63,970 nucleotides of DNA, filler included, from Babesia bigemina (GCF_000981445.1; 15 parts of 15 records of this genome joined end to end with filler, not necessarily neighbours in it), one strand, 5' to 3'; positions 35,781 to 48,734 are shown, numbered from the whole stretch's first letter. Notes: a model not told the origin generated them from the sequence alone. Numbers and translations are program-made.

Positions 35781-36465
35781 CTCCCTTATCCACTCTACAT
35801 CGCCCCTTTACCCACTCTACATCGCTCCTTACTCCACTCTACATCGCCCCTTTATCCACTCTACATCGCCCCTTTATCCACTCAACATCGCTCCCTAATC
35901 CACTCTACATCGCTCCCTAATCCACTCTACATCGCTCCCTAATCCACTCTACATCGCTCCTTTCTCCACTCTACATCGCTCCTTTCTCCACTCTACATCG
36001 CTCCTTTACCCACTCTACATCGCTCCATAACCCACTCTACATCGCTCCCTTACCCACTCTACATCGCCCCTTTATCCACTCTTCATCGCTCCCTAACCCA
36101 CTCTACATCGCCCCTTAACCCACTCTACATCGCTCCCTAACCCACTCTACATCGCTCCTTTATCCACTCCACATCGCTCCTTTATCCACTCTACATCGCC
36201 CCTTTATCCACTCTACATCGCTCCCTAATCCACTCTACATCGCCCCTTTATCCACTCTACATCGCTCCCTAATCCACTCTACATCGCCCCTTAACCCACT
36301 CTACATCGCCCCTTAACCCACTCTACATCGCTCCCTAACCCACTCCACATCGCCCCTTTACCCACTCTACATCGCACCTTAACCCACTCTACATCGCTCC
36401 CTAATCCACTCTACATCGCTCCCTAATCCACTCTTCATCGCTCCCTAACCCACCCTACATCGCCC
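35781..36465 (+). repeat. ~22-bp tandem repeat C
   Basis: Directly visible. Confidence 0.95.
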
Positions 36466-36700
36466 AAATCACCTCGCCATAATACCACTATGACCTCTAT
36501 TAACCATAGCAATAACTTGTGCCTTGTCACCCTTCACTTCCCCTTCTTCCACCTCTTGCCACTGCCATGTCCCATCATGTTCACCTTAACTCCAAATCCG
36601 CCGAATTACTTCGTCTAATTAACGCTATGACCTCCATTAAGCATTATAATAACTTGCTGATACTGACCATTCTCTTGCTGATGATGCTACTAGAAGAGCC

Positions 36701-39700
36701 TTGAAGGACATTGACTCCAAGCTTGTTAGCCTTGGCCAGCTTGCTGGACAGCTTGGCGCTTTTGTTGGTGAAAGTGAGAGTGTTAAGAAAGCCGTTATAT
36801 ATGCTATTATCGCTCAAATTAACAGTACTGAAGAGCTTAAAAAGCTTTACTCTTCTCATGTTACTAACCTTTCTGAGTCTGTCAAGCCTGCTGGCCAGGC
36901 TGGTGACACCCAGAAAATTAGTGAGCTTAGTGAAGCAGTTAAGAAAGAAATTACTCTAATTACTCAACGTATTAATAGCCTTAATAACCCTCTTAATCCC
37001 TCTCCTTCTTCCCCCTCTGCCTCTGCTGAGTCAGCCAAATTGCAGTCCAAGTTGGAGGCTTTGAAGGAAGTGGAGAAGCTTTGTGAAAATTATGAGAATC
37101 TTGAAACTTCTGATATTAACCCTAAAAACCTTCTAGAGAATCTTTGCACCGGCCTCGAAAAATTCCTCGGCTTCAACTCTGAGTCCAAAGGCTACGATGG
37201 CACTGGCATTGTGTACTCTGACCTGGATAGGCTGTGTGACGGGGTGATGGGATTTTTGAGTGGTGTGCTTGGTGCGGTGAAAAACACTCAGACATACAAT
37301 GTGGGTAGAAAAACATTACAAAACTTGGTAAGTGATGAAATTAACAAACATCTTTGCTCAGGGCACGATGGTTTCACTACGCTCCTTCCCCGTCTGACTA
37401 ATGAGATCGGGAAGTACAACACAGAAGTGAGAGACTCCAATGAGAAAGTTAAGAAGCCCATTGAAGAGTTGTTAAATCAGGTGGGTGATGCATTTATGAA
37501 CAAGGTACAAAATATATTGCCGCAGGAAAATGAGGGTGAAGATCCCGAGAAAGTGCAGGCGGCGGAGAAGCAGATTAAGAATATGTTTCGAGACGAGATA
37601 AAAACATTCAATAACACGTTTAATAACGCATATAATTTCACTACTAAAATTGAAAAAACAGACATGAAAATTGCAATTAATTATTTGAATTCCTCGTTGC
37701 AGCTTAGAGTGAAACACGGCGTCAGTAACGTGGCTCATGAGATTAAGCGGCTGGAGCAGGTGGCGGATAAGGAGCAGAAGACCTTCGAGTCCGCTGAGAA
37801 AAAAGTAAAAGAGGTGATGAAAACACTCAAAGAGGGTGTAGATGCAAAAATTGCTAATCATGTGCATAGGCTGGTGGAGCAATTGAAAGGTAAGGTGCAG
37901 GAGATATTAGATGATTTGAAGAGCATCAATGGTTCGCTAGTTAACTACATAAATCAGATGCAGGGGTGGATTGATAAGGCACAATTAGCTATTGATGCAG
38001 CGTTGGAGAAAATTGACTTCATTTTTAAAGAAGTTAATGAAGGTGATTCATATAAGAATCCGAAGCCAATGAAGGAGGCAGCGGAGGCGTTGAAGAAACA
38101 GGCTCAGATACTGTTCGAAGTTGGTAACGAAGTTAAACAGAAAATTGAGGAATTGGTACCTAAGGCTAAGGTGTTAGTAGGGCAGTTGGACCTCGCGATT
38201 AGAGGAGATTTGAATGACGCGAAAAGTGCAATTCAGGTGGGGATTAGGGAATATGTTGAAAAGCTGGGTAGTGCTTTGAAGGCCGGTATGGAAGCAGCTA
38301 AGGGTGATTATGACGGCAGTAAACCGGGGCTTAGGGCAATAAATGAAGCTTTAAAGAAGAATAAGTTGCAACCGTGGCTTGAGAAAATTAAAGACCTCAG
38401 CGTTGTTGGTATGAATATGGAATTTGCGCTCATTGAACTTCACAAGCATTTGCATCATCATATGAAATCATTATCACAGGAAGATGAGCTAAGAGATGCC
38501 CTCACGTCCGATCTCATGGCACCCGTAGAGGAGCGGTTGCCGAACGACGATTCCACTCCAGGGAAAGTCGAACTTAATCCCAAGAAGTTTCCTTTTTATT
38601 GCGGCACTGGCAACGGCAAAAAACAAGCCCTCGAAAAGGCCATCCTAAAAATTCAAGAGGATATAACTGCCTCTTTAGCAAACATCACGCAACACAAAGT
38701 TGATGCGGAATATCAATTAGGGGTAATTACCAATAAACTGACTGCCCTCTGCAAGGCCGTGAGGGATCACGGCGAAGGTGCGAAATTCCACTTGGACACT
38801 TTTAAGAAACACAACATCAAGGGTACGCTTACAAAGCTTAAAGAAGATCTCGACGAACTGCAAGGCAAGCTGTTACATGGTCCCATACAGAACGCTGAAA
38901 ACTTCGTCCGAAAAGAAGCCACCGCAGCCGAGAGACACTGCGTCGAAGAACTCAAAGAAGAGGTACGCAAAGACATCAAAAATGCCGAAGACAAACTGAC
39001 CACTTTTGCCCGCAAGCATTATGTTTGCGCTATCAAAGAATTGTTCACATCATTCGCTGAGAGGGTGAAGAAGGAATTCCAATCTCTGCCGAATTCTCTA
39101 GATCTTGATTTGAATGCGGGTCTCAAAGGGTTCATGGGCAGAATGGCAACTACATTCATTCCTAACGTTAAACCAATTGATGCTCTGCCCAACTCTGACT
39201 CTGTGTTAGCTACTCAGCGAGAATCTGCCCTCAGTCAAAGCGCCGCAATACTGAATACGGCAGTTAACCTGTTTGTTCGTGCTCTGAAGGAACAAAAAGA
39301 ATTCATGGCTGACTTGAAACTTATTAAGCCCGTGCACGACGCCTTGGACAACTTGCTTAGTGGCCTTGTAACTTCGCAGTGCTACGATCATACATTTAGC
39401 GACAATTTGAACGCTTTCAAAAGTGCTTTCGAAGGATTCAACCCATCCAAATTCGGTGAGCCTACGACTGTGCTTACTCAGGCACTCAAAGAGGGACTCA
39501 AGGGGCTGACCAAAGAGCTAGGTAAAGCCTATGTTAATCGGTACTCCGGACTGACGTACGACGAGACCGACGCAGCAAAATATGCCAAAGCGTTCTTGAC
39601 GCTCCTTTGCATCGTACACGAGGATCTCGATACATTTAGTAAGCAGTGTAAGAGCAACGGCGCTTGGTATGACAAGCAATGCTGTGCGATTGAGAATCGC

Positions 39701-41746
39701 CAAGGCAATCCGTTTGGCCAGTTCATGGAGCGGTGTGGATTTGACGTTGCCAGCAGTGAGACTTCGAAGGACGGTGAATTAAAGCATCCGTCCGTCAGCT
39801 TTACCGGTAAACACATCTACCAGAAAGTACTTGAGCAGCAATTCACCGACGCGGAGCGGATTAAACATCTCAAAAGTTGCGAGTCAAATGGACACATGAA
39901 ACGTAATAACTTTGATCTGCTTGATATTACTCAGTGTCTGTTCCACCATGCAGAGAAGTACAACGAACTGTGTCACATACCCACTGCGTCATCAACCAAA
40001 GTGCCAAGCAGCATATACGATATGCTCATATGGTTTTGTAGTCTACCCTACAGTGCCGTCTATCCAACGCTGCTACGTGACACCATAAGTGAACTACTTA
40101 CTGACAAAGCTAAGCAAAAGCCACAGCAGCACGACGGGCTGGAGTTCACATTCATCGATCCGGCGTCGCAATCCCTAGCAGCGTACCCAAACAACATACC
40201 GTACAGTGAAGTTGTCTCCGCACTGGAACATCTGTGTTCCAAATCGCACGATGTTCTCACTTGCATCGTAGGCTACGGCGACGCATACAGCACCTACGGC
40301 AGCGACTATTGCAATAATTCATTTGGATTTAAGTATCCCTCCTCAGGGGAGGATTGTTTGCAGATGATCACTGATCTCCTTCGTCGGCTTCTCCATTGTC
40401 TTCGTTTTCTGCATAAACAGTGCGGCGTAACAGCCAAGCTCAACGGTTGGTCCGACTGCATATTCGGCAAGGACGTTAAGTCAGCCAAATGGGAGTGCAA
40501 AGATCACTCAACCGACGAACCTAATTGCCAAGCAAACGACAAGGCAACGTGCCAACCAACTTGCCAAGCAAAGTCGCCCCTTCAGTCCTACCTGACCGAT
40601 TGCTTATATGGTCACTTGCCTCATCAACTCACCAGTGTTGGATGTAAATCAACGTGTAAGTCGTGTCCTGGTAGCGCACCAGGGATGCCGTGTTTAACGC
40701 CTCTCGGGTTTAGGGCCTTTTCCGGCTCCACTCGCAAGGGTACGGACCTATGCGAGGTGCTCGATGCATTCTTCTCTAACGATTATCTGTCATCGCTGTT
40801 CACGCTAGCTCCGCGCCCGCCGGCAACACTGCCGGAGCATATCGGATTTGCGTTGTCACTAGCAGCGGCGCTTAATGCTCGGAAGCCAGTCACGAAGCCC
40901 GCTCAAGAATCGTTCAGCGATGCATTCGAGAAGTCCATCAAGGAAGCCACCATCAGCCTTCATGATAATCCCTCCGATTATACTGCTGCCGTTAAGAATG
41001 CCTATAATAATAACCGAAGTCACGACGGTACTAGGCATCTCCCAGCGACGGAGGCGGACGTGTTCACGCTCATGTTCCCATCAACTTGTTTGCGTGCAAG
41101 CGGCGACACGCTGTACTGCGCTCCATACCTGTGTACGCTAGGCATAGATACGCATTATTATCTTGCCTACCAACATACGAATCTCTATCTGTCATGGACG
41201 GTGTATCTGCCCTGGACATTTTATGCATACCTTAGAAGTCTACTTGAGGCCTTCAAAAATATTTCCTGCCAGGAATGGGAGTGCAGCAGATGTATGCATC
41301 GTGGTAAATGCAAGAAGGGCCAGCATGGTGTCGACTACAACTGCCAGTGCAAAGGTATAATAGAGTGCCGTGGCGTAAGTAGCGCATTCCACAAATACGG
41401 ATTTACGCATGGTGACCCTGCAACTTTGTCTAAGGTGGAAGGGAAACGATATTGCCACAACTTCTACCACCAACTCGTTAACGTCTTGAAATCGAATTGC
41501 TTTGCTAAGTTATTTGATAAATGCGACGAATTCCTCTGGATCATCCGACAACCGTTCACCTACCTTGTTCTCGCACTCTGGTCACTCTCCCTCTTCTACC
41601 TCATCTGCGTCATGGTTGGCAGACTGGATGTGCTCCACATCAAATCACACCTGAGGATACCGTCATCACACAAGATAACGGCGCAATCATTGCTGGCTGC
41701 AGCGCAAGTCGGAAGGCTTGCCAAGATATCGTATCTACAACCGTGA
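36701..41746 (+). CDS. ves1: Near full-length ves1-like variant surface antigen (~1,680 aa), B-type tail; true start uncertain
   Basis: One uninterrupted ORF with GIVYSDLDRLCDGVMGFL, Cys-rich domain, TM and KISYLQP. Confidence 0.93.
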   Translation: MKDIDSKLVSLGQLAGQLGAFVGESESVKKAVIYAIIAQINSTEELKKLYSSHVTNLSESVKPAGQAGDTQKISELSEAVKKEITLITQRINSLNNPLNPSPSSPSASAESAKLQSKLEALKEVEKLCENYENLETSDINPKNLLENLCTGLEKFLGFNSESKGYDGTGIVYSDLDRLCDGVMGFLSGVLGAVKNTQTYNVGRKTLQNLVSDEINKHLCSGHDGFTTLLPRLTNEIGKYNTEVRDSNEKVKKPIEELLNQVGDAFMNKVQNILPQENEGEDPEKVQAAEKQIKNMFRDEIKTFNNTFNNAYNFTTKIEKTDMKIAINYLNSSLQLRVKHGVSNVAHEIKRLEQVADKEQKTFESAEKKVKEVMKTLKEGVDAKIANHVHRLVEQLKGKVQEILDDLKSINGSLVNYINQMQGWIDKAQLAIDAALEKIDFIFKEVNEGDSYKNPKPMKEAAEALKKQAQILFEVGNEVKQKIEELVPKAKVLVGQLDLAIRGDLNDAKSAIQVGIREYVEKLGSALKAGMEAAKGDYDGSKPGLRAINEALKKNKLQPWLEKIKDLSVVGMNMEFALIELHKHLHHHMKSLSQEDELRDALTSDLMAPVEERLPNDDSTPGKVELNPKKFPFYCGTGNGKKQALEKAILKIQEDITASLANITQHKVDAEYQLGVITNKLTALCKAVRDHGEGAKFHLDTFKKHNIKGTLTKLKEDLDELQGKLLHGPIQNAENFVRKEATAAERHCVEELKEEVRKDIKNAEDKLTTFARKHYVCAIKELFTSFAERVKKEFQSLPNSLDLDLNAGLKGFMGRMATTFIPNVKPIDALPNSDSVLATQRESALSQSAAILNTAVNLFVRALKEQKEFMADLKLIKPVHDALDNLLSGLVTSQCYDHTFSDNLNAFKSAFEGFNPSKFGEPTTVLTQALKEGLKGLTKELGKAYVNRYSGLTYDETDAAKYAKAFLTLLCIVHEDLDTFSKQCKSNGAWYDKQCCAIENRQGNPFGQFMERCGFDVASSETSKDGELKHPSVSFTGKHIYQKVLEQQFTDAERIKHLKSCESNGHMKRNNFDLLDITQCLFHHAEKYNELCHIPTASSTKVPSSIYDMLIWFCSLPYSAVYPTLLRDTISELLTDKAKQKPQQHDGLEFTFIDPASQSLAAYPNNIPYSEVVSALEHLCSKSHDVLTCIVGYGDAYSTYGSDYCNNSFGFKYPSSGEDCLQMITDLLRRLLHCLRFLHKQCGVTAKLNGWSDCIFGKDVKSAKWECKDHSTDEPNCQANDKATCQPTCQAKSPLQSYLTDCLYGHLPHQLTSVGCKSTCKSCPGSAPGMPCLTPLGFRAFSGSTRKGTDLCEVLDAFFSNDYLSSLFTLAPRPPATLPEHIGFALSLAAALNARKPVTKPAQESFSDAFEKSIKEATISLHDNPSDYTAAVKNAYNNNRSHDGTRHLPATEADVFTLMFPSTCLRASGDTLYCAPYLCTLGIDTHYYLAYQHTNLYLSWTVYLPWTFYAYLRSLLEAFKNISCQEWECSRCMHRGKCKKGQHGVDYNCQCKGIIECRGVSSAFHKYGFTHGDPATLSKVEGKRYCHNFYHQLVNVLKSNCFAKLFDKCDEFLWIIRQPFTYLVLALWSLSLFYLICVMVGRLDVLHIKSHLRIPSSHKITAQSLLAAAQVGRLAKISYLQP

Positions 41747-41759
41747 TCGTCACATTTGT

Positions 41760-41850
41760 AACTCACATCAACTCACGTAACTACTCACCTACTCACCTAA
41801 CCGACAAACGTAGTCTAATGTCTCGAATTACTCTTGCGGCAACCTGTGAA
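41760..41850 (+). promoter_or_regulatory. Conserved B-type 3' trailer (CTCACCTACTCACCTAACCGACAAACGTAGTCTAATGTCTCGAATTACTC)
   Basis: Near-identical after all four B-tail stops (also ~32765..32850 rc, ~54975..55050, ~60860..60960 rc). Confidence 0.7.
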
Positions 41851-41889
41851 CTAAATAGCAGCTAAAGTAGGTGATGACTGAACGACAAT

Positions 41890-42218
41890 CCAACGTGCTA
41901 ACCTAGCAACCAGGCAAAGTGTCAACCTAGCAACCAGGCAACGTGCTAACCAAGCAACCAGGCAAAGTGCTAAGCTGGCACCCAGGCAAAGTGCTAACCC
42001 AGCACCCAGGCAAAGTGCTAAGCTAGCACCCAGGCAAAGTGGTAAGCTGGCACCCAGGCAAAGTGGTAAGCTGGCACCCAGGCAAAGTGGTAAGCTAGCA
42101 CACAGGCAAAGTGCTAAGCTAGCAACTAGGCAAAGTGCTAAGCTGGCAACCAGGCAAAGTGCTAAGCTAGCACCCAGGCAAAGTGCTAACCTAGCACCCA
42201 GGCGAAGTGCTAAGCTGG
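41890..42218 (+). repeat. 24-bp tandem repeat D
   Basis: Directly visible. Confidence 0.93.
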
Positions 42219-42595
42219 CGGATGAACCGTAATTTGGTTGTTGCGTTGAGTTGTGCGTTGACTGTGAGAGGCGTCCGCGTTGCCCATTGAGTGAGTGTCA
42301 CGTGAGGCTGGGTGATTGGTCGCTACGTAGCGGGCCGTGAGGGCCGCGGCGGGTGACCAAAGTCGTGTGTTGCGAGTCACTGGCAGGGTGGCGTAATTGG
42401 CGTTGGCCCGGTTAAGTAGCATTTATAGGCGGCGATGTAGCGATCGTTAATGTCACATTTAGGCACGTAGCCAACACGCTCCGCCAGTATGGCGTCTATA
42501 TTGCGGCTCGTAGCACGGTGCGGCTGCACTGTGGGAGTTGAGCGCACGGGGTTCGCTGCAATTTTCATGGCGTTGCGAATAGTGAATAATTTAGA

Positions 42596-42993
42596 GGGAT
42601 AAGGGGCGATGTAGAGTGGGTAAGGGAGCGATGTGGAGTGGGTTAGGTAGCGATGTAGAGTGGATTAAGGAGCGATGTAGAGTGGGTAAAGGGGCGATGT
42701 AGAGTGGATTAGGGAGCGATGTAGAGTGGGTAAAGGGGCGATGTAGAGTGGGTTAAGGGGCGATGTAGAGTGGGTTAAGGGGCGATGTAGAGTGGGTTAA
42801 GGAGCGATGTAGAGTGGGTTAAGGGGCGATGTAGAGTGGATTAGGGAGCGATGTGGAGTGGATAAAGGAGCGATGTAGAGTGGGTTAAGGGGCGATGTAG
42901 AGTGGGTAAAGGGGCGATGTGGAGTGGATCAAGGAGCGATGTAGAGTGGATAAAGGGGCGATGTAGAGTGGGTTAGGGAGCGATGTAGAGTGG
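42596..42993 (-). repeat. Repeat C in inverted (G-rich) orientation
   Basis: GCGATGTAGAGTGG units. Confidence 0.95.
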
Positions 42994-43130
42994 NNNNNNN
43001 NNNNNNNNNNNNNNNNNNNNNNNNNNNNNNNNNNNNNTTAATTAATTAANNNNNNNNNNNNNNNNNNNNNNNNNNNNNNNNNNNNNNNNNNNNTGCTGGG
43101 TTTAACCCCGAGAATCTATTTAAGCAATCT

Positions 43131-46116
43131 GTGCCAAATCAACGCATTTGCCACTTAGCTTATGGGGCAACTAAAGACATCAATGATTTTAATTTAGATT
43201 GCAAACTTAATGTAAATCACGCACTGAAAAATGTTAAGCACGAAACCGAGCGACTGGAGCAGTCCGCTGCTAAGGAGGGTCGGGAGCTGAAGGCGACGGA
43301 AGATGTAATCAAGACAACGCTTGATATTGCTAAGCAGAAGATTAATGAGAGCATTAAGGTAGACGTGAAAAAGCTCATCGAAAAAGTTAAGACTGCATTA
43401 CAGAGTATTTTGACTCAGATGAGGAGGATTAGCAAGGAAATGCAACGATGCATCGCAGAGTTACAGGAATGGATAAGCAAGGTGGAGAAATTTCTTGGTG
43501 AAGATATTGAGAAGCACGTGAAAAAAATTGTGAAGGAAATTAATAAAGATGACTCATACGAACTGCCCAACCAAATTAAGATTGCCGTGCAGAATACAAA
43601 AACAGCAGTTGTACAGCTTAACGGCGCAGGCGAGGAGGGTAGAAAGCAAGTCGAAGATAATGTTAAAGCAGCGCTTGAGCAGGTTAAAGTGATGAATGAT
43701 AAGCTGAAGCAAGATTTGTATGCCGTTAAGCAAGCGATTAAGGGGGCAATTACTAGGTTGGGAGAAACGTTGAAAAAGAACGTTAATCAGGACTTGGGGG
43801 CGTTGAAGGAGAAAATTACTAAAAAATTCAATCCTATTGCTACCGATGCTACGGAATTTTTCAAACATTTCAGCTCGACGAAAGGAGCGCTCGATAGAGC
43901 AATGAGAGCAGTGGCGACAGATTTGGCAAACATCAAAGATCTCTCTAGAATTGGGCGCATCACCGACGTCCTAGGTTTTGTTCCACTTCTCACTGAGATC
44001 GGTAAAAATGGACAAAATCCATTCAGTTCTGTTATGGATTATTTCGGGGAGCTGGACATTTATGTAATGTCGAAGGTTAGGGAATCAATGAACAAAATAG
44101 GTGAAGCGATTCGGCAGTCTTCGCGCAGTGCTCATTCATCGGTTTCATCGGAATTGGAAGCTGCATTGCGGCAAGCGGAAGGGGATATCGCAAAATTTAG
44201 AAGCATTTTTGGAAATGATATGACACGTCGCGATGTTAATTTCGACCAGGTTAGGAAAGAATTGAAAAACAGGCTTGGAATAGAGTTTGATGTAAAGGGA
44301 GATCTGTTGTCTAAGTTTAATCAGTCGCATGGCTCTCATCGTATGTACAATCGCGTAAATGTTTATACTCCAAACAAAAATGAAATGGTGTTCAGAGAGC
44401 TCGGTCAGATTGCCCAAGCCGTCTCAGATCATTCCGAGGAAATTGTGAAAGCAGTCCTGGGTAAAATTAAGAGTCAAGTTAAAGAGGAGGTCGAAAGAGT
44501 CGCAAATGCTATTAGCACTAAGGTTGCTGAATGTGACGGGCTCCTTTCGAATAAGGAACTGAATGGGAAAGTGGAATCGGAAAAGCTAATTGGCCTTGAA
44601 AAGTTAGTAAATGATTTCGGAACGAGGATTAACGTGAAGCTGGATAACCTTCGAAAAGAGCTTGAAACCAAAATTTTCATAAAGAAAAATGTGCGAAGTG
44701 GTGGCATCGACAGTGAACAAGATTATGATCTTGGGGCTTCAACTGGTCTCATGACCAACTTCCACGCTACCTACGAGAACAACCTCAAAGACGGCGATAT
44801 CAAAACCGACGGTGAAGCCGGAAAAAGTGTACTCAACACGGAGATCGGCGGGGATAATATGCCACAGGGAGTCAGTGAAGCTAATACAATATCCGATATT
44901 AATAAAACGAAATATCAGAATTACGATTCTCAAGTCAACCAAGATAGCCTTACGCTTGGTGACACAGAACGGTTTAAGGGTGCACTGCCAGCTAAGGTAA
45001 ATGAAATTAAGTCGCAGGTGGTGAAGGCTCTGCAACCTATGGAGAGTCTCAAGGATGATGCCAATAAAGAGTTGAATAAGGTCACCACCATCCTCGATGC
45101 CCTGTGCGAATCCGTCAAGAAGAGTGGCGACACCCTTAATTCCAATCTGCAGTTTTTGACCGGCACGTATTTCGAGGACTACAATGCGGCCAAACGAAAT
45201 GCCCCAAATAGCATTAAGAGAATCAAACACCAGCTCAGTGAACTCCATAGTGCCGATTTGGGCAAAGTCATACAGGAGGCAGGGAAGTTTCTAAACGGCC
45301 TCAACTTAACATGCGACTCCACCATCCAGTTGCTCGGGAACTCCGTTAAGGAGCAGATCTGCTCAGCCGAAAAGACGTTGACAAGGCACCTTAGGAAACA
45401 ATACGTTGAGGCTGTGAAACAGTTGTTAACGAAGTTCGCCGACAAGGTAACTGAAGAACTGAAGCCGTTGCCCGAACAAATTCAAAAAGACTTGGAGCAA
45501 GGCCACAAGAAGTTCATGAAATTATTTGCAGATAACTTCGTTAATGAACTCAGAAGCATAGAAAGTATTAATCCCAAGTCTTCATCCAAAACAGAATCTC
45601 CCCTGAGCAACGCTGCGAAAACGTTCGAAAGCTCTTTCAGAGCTTTCTTCAAAGTGTTCAAAGACCTGACGGACTTTAAGTCTGACTACAGGGTTATTAG
45701 GCCAATACATAAAGTGCTGACCAAACTGCTGGAAGACATCAAAAGCTCTCGATATTTCAATCACGACTTTAACATGAATTTAAATGATCTTAATAGCTCT
45801 CTCGCTACCTTCACCCCGTCTAAATCCCCAAATTGCAAAAACCCTGTGATCCTAGAAACGCTCAAGAATGGTCTATTGGCCACGTGCGAACAACTTGGTT
45901 ACGCCTACATCAATACGTATGATAGCATGAGTATAACATGGGTTAGCGAAAGCGACCCGGACAGAAAACACTGCGCAAAAATATGTATGACTACGTTTCC
46001 TGTCCTATATAACGCATTGGCTGAGCTGAAACAGGGACTTGAAAAATCTGAGAAATCATGGCAATTGTACACAATGTATAATTCTGGAAATATGGATTCT
46101 AGCCTACGTAAGTTAT
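43131..46116 (+). CDS. ves1: ves1-like gene, internal helical region, both ends missing
   Basis: ~1,000-aa ORF ending LGYAYINTYD...HCAKICMT, paralogous to the middle of 36701..41746. Confidence 0.85.
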
Positions 46117-46637
46117 NNNNNNNNNNNNNNNNNNNNNNNNNNNNNNNNNNNNNNNNNNNNTTAATTAATTAANNNNNNNNNNNNNNNNNNNNNNNNNNNN
46201 NNNNNNNNNNNNNNNNGCGGGCCTTTAACACGGGTAACAAACGGGGAGGCGAATAAGAAGGATCGTGCCAGGTAAAAGGTAAATAAAGAGGGGGCGTATG
46301 CGATTATGGGGGAAATTGGATAAGATGTGAGAGAAGGATTGTGGAAAATGGAACCAAAAATCCGGGGACTTCTACCACGAATTGTAGGTGGGGCACAGAG
46401 TTTGATACAGAAAGTAAAAAAACTAAACATGCTGCGCAGTGGAAGATTCAAGGGTTGTATGAAGATTTAGAAAAATCAGCAGTCTCACGGAGCTTTGATA
46501 AGATTGAGAGAGGTAACGGAGGCACAGTGCAAGCTCCTTATTGAAGGCCATAGGTGAAGACAAATCCGTTCAGAAGCTTACAGAATATATACGAAAGTGG
46601 AATGATGAAATCAGGGAACCTGTAAAGACGCTGATGG

Positions 46638-48734
46638 ATGAACATAGGCGCAGGTATAAAAGGGTCTGTTAGTAAATTTGAAATACATAACGCTCTCAAT
46701 AATTCTAAGGTTAAATCTGCAGTCACGTCACAACTCGAAGCGCTAAAGGGGATTTTAAATGATAATGGCAGAATTCCCAAAATCGGTACAGTTCTAATTG
46801 GCGACGAATCCATTACTACATATGGTGCAACTCCACTCACATTGAAAACTAATCTCTCGAATTCGGAAATTTTCGACACTGTGATCCAGAAACTTTCTAG
46901 AAACCAGATCGTAGATACAGGTGAAGTAGAGAAACTCTTCAGCACTCTCGGCAATATTGCCACAACAGTCACCCGGCACACCCAAAACGTTGTTCAAAAC
47001 GTAATGCAGAATATTAAAAACAAAATTGAAGAAGAACTTAAGGATACCGTTGGGGCAGTTGAGTTGCGATTCTCGGATTTTAGCCAGCTGGTCACTGACC
47101 GCAGTGGACGTTCCGTGGGCCCTGTCTCTAATAAAGCTGAAGGCCTCCAGTGGCTGATTACCAAGTTTGAGAAGAACGTAAAACAAACCATTGAAACGCT
47201 GCAGTCAACGTTTAACGATACATTTAAGCAAACTGGTGCAATTCCTCGAGGTAAAGACAAATATGAGTTTGGACCGAAGCTCATGGAAGCATTCAACACC
47301 ACTAACGCTGATCTCGTAAAGGGAGACGTTATGCAGAACAAACAAAATGTGCTTGACGAACACATCGGGCATGATATTTTGGCAGGTTCAGGCGACCAAA
47401 ATAAAATTGCCGAAATTGCTGATACTTTCACAAAATACAGGCAGCAAATCGTGAGAGATAGCCTAACCAATCCTGACCCAAACCAGCTACAAGGCAAACT
47501 CCCCGAGGCTATCAGTGCGATTAAAACCACTGCCTCCGGCATCACCGTCCAAGGAACGAAACTGTCGATGGACAACCTTGGTAAGAAAATAACATCCGAC
47601 CTCGAAGCCCTTCTAAATGCGTTTTCTGCAACTGGTAAAGTCGTGAAGGATAAATTGGTACAGCTGCAGAAGGACATTGGTATGGGTACTAAAAATGATA
47701 ATACACTACAGAAAATCCACGACAAACTCAGTGATATTCTTACCAAAGATTTCGCGAAAGCCATCGACGAGGCGAGAAACTTCGACGCCATTGCTTCCAC
47801 AAGATGCCGAGAAACCATCGGACTACTCACTGAACACGTGAATTCCTGTGCTTCGTCCGCAATGTCCACACTCACTACCCACGCCCACCAACAATACGTC
47901 CTTTCCCTCAAAGAAGCGCTGACGGCGTTCGCTGACAAGGTTCACAGGGAGTTGAACATGTTGGTTGGTCCTATAAATAACGATCTACATGCGGGACTTA
48001 AGGGGTTTATGCATAAAATCGAAGAGAGTTTGGTGAAGAAAATTGAAGGAATTACGACTATCGATCCCAAGGACTTCACTCAAAAGTCTCCACTCAGTAA
48101 GGGAGCAGAAATATTAAATGTTGCCTTCACGTCGTTCTACAATGCGCTGAAACAGCAATCTGGTCTAGTAGCAGACTTCTGGAAAGTCAAAGCATCGGAT
48201 GAAGCGCTATACATTCTACTGAAAAAGCTATCAAATTCGCAGCACTTTAATAACGAATTTAGAGATAATTGTGATAAGCTTACGAAATCACTAAGGTCAT
48301 TAACCGCTAACATATTTGCTGCTGACTCAACTTTAATCTGCGATGCATTGAGACACGGCTATACAGCACTGCTCACCGAGCTCGACAAGGCGTACGTGAA
48401 TAAGTACTCTGGCATAGTATACGCCGAAGAGCTGGTGATGGAGGAGAAAACACTCACCGAATACGGGAAGAGGTGCGCCAAAGTCTTTCTTACGATTCTG
48501 AAATTCTATTGCGACGATCTTAACGGGCTGCAGAAGCATTGTGCGGAGAAGTCAGTGTGGAGGGGACGCCAAATATATGCCTCTACAACAGCAAAGAGAA
48601 CGCGCTCGGCGATTATTTGAAAAATGTGGTTACGTGGTTGCCGACAACAAAAGTCGAAACACGGTGAGTTGCAATGCTCTCCCGCTATGAAGGGTGACCA
48701 TATACTTAACACCTCGATGCGGGATCCAAACGCA
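46638..48734 (+). CDS. ves1: ves1-like gene, internal fragment, with frame errors at both contig ends
   Basis: LDKAYVNKYSG...RCAKVFLT. After ~48590 the homology (LGDYL, CGY, GELQC) continues in shifted frames. Confidence 0.82.

Noticed and set aside
46217..46640. Short broken ORFs upstream of 46638
   Set aside because: Probably error-rich contig start; it cannot be called a pseudogene.
46994..47938. 314-aa and other antisense ORFs over ves genes
   Set aside because: Antisense shadows of long coding frames, not conserved among paralogues.
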